Below are positions 63,401-64,000 of a stretch of DNA of 64,000 nucleotides, piece after piece; position 1 is the first letter of the stretch, and each line of letters starts with the position of its first letter. Made by a program: the position numbers and the translations under genes. This DNA comes from Trypethelium eluteriae (taxonomy: Eukaryota): contig JAVECL010000017.1 of the NCBI GenBank assembly GCA_051942245.1, positions 1-64,000 of the forward strand. Reading direction: 5' to 3'. A model generated the notes under the pieces. The model was not told the DNA's origin. It worked only from the letters and a program-made list of their open reading frames with translations, and made no database searches.

Positions 63401-64000
63401 TCATAGAGATTGGGCCTCATGGGGCACTCCAAGGACCTCTTCGACAGCTGTCCAAGACGATGGACAAAGATATCAAGTTTCCCGAGTATCTCACGGCTAT
63501 ATTCAGGGGCAATGACAACGTGAAAGATGTCCTTTCACTCGCGGGTAACCTTTTCAATAAAGGCTATGATGTTGACCTCGCACGTGTCAATGCCATTGAA
63601 GGCAGAGGAGGGAACCAGTACCAATTTGGTAAGGTCATCACCGACTTGCCTCAGTATCAGTGGCAGTATCCAAAGGAAATCCTCCTTTATGAGAATCGCT
63701 ACACTCGGGAATGGCGATTGCGCATGCATCCGCGTCATGATTATCTTGGGAGTCGCATTCCAGGTGCAAACAAGACCGAGCCAACATGGCGAAATATGCT
63801 CTCCATGAACAACGTCCCGTGGCTCACGGATCATCGCGTGAGTAGTCTTTCCATGTCTTCAAACGGAATCTGACATATTGTTATAGCTCGGAAAGGAGAT
63901 TGTGTTCCCCTCCACTGGCTACCTTTGCATGACCGTAGAGGCAGCTACTCAAGTTGTCGAGTTGGGAGGCTATAGTGCCACTGACGTCGAGTATTACGAT
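60467..64000 (+). CDS. Reducing iterative type I polyketide synthase (KS-AT-DH...), partial at window end
   Basis: EPVAIIGMG|CRWPG start. KS motifs DTACSSS, HGTGT and KSNMGHSE. AT motifs GQGAQW, GHSSGE and AYHS. DH motif WLTDHR|LGKEIVFP. Later domains lie outside the window. Confidence 0.95.
62124..62231 (+). repeat. Degenerate 12-bp coding repeat (NGHx)n in the PKS KS-AT linker
   Basis: AATGGYCAYRYC-type units encoding [36 protein letters not shown]. Confidence 0.85.

Overview
Filamentous ascomycete genomic DNA with short GT-AG introns and CTRAY branch sites. The left end holds conserved genes (IST1-like 3' end, flbE-like, LENG1/CIR-N protein). An accessory zone follows at ~4-28 kb: 2OG-Fe(II) oxygenase, PTH11-like membrane protein, divergent homeobox gene, GNAT, MFS, Old Yellow Enzyme and a TRI14-like gene, with several signs of gene decay. 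From ~31.8 kb to the window end lies a putative secondary-metabolite cluster: GMC oxidoreductase, signal-peptide crotonase, NRPS-like A-T-R reductase, aldo-keto reductase, DUF3237-like protein, an interposed HET-domain gene, MFS, P450, bZIP-like regulator, BBE-like FAD oxidase and a reducing PKS truncated by the window edge. The most striking observation is an otherwise textbook tRNA-Ala(AGC) gene at 15523-15654 whose D-loop is split by a 60-nt insert with all three spliceosomal intron signals (GTAAGC...GCTAAT...TAG). A second is the octamer TGACTGCA, enriched in the cluster's divergent promoters. Exon boundaries and family calls were made by eye from motif recognition, without database searches.
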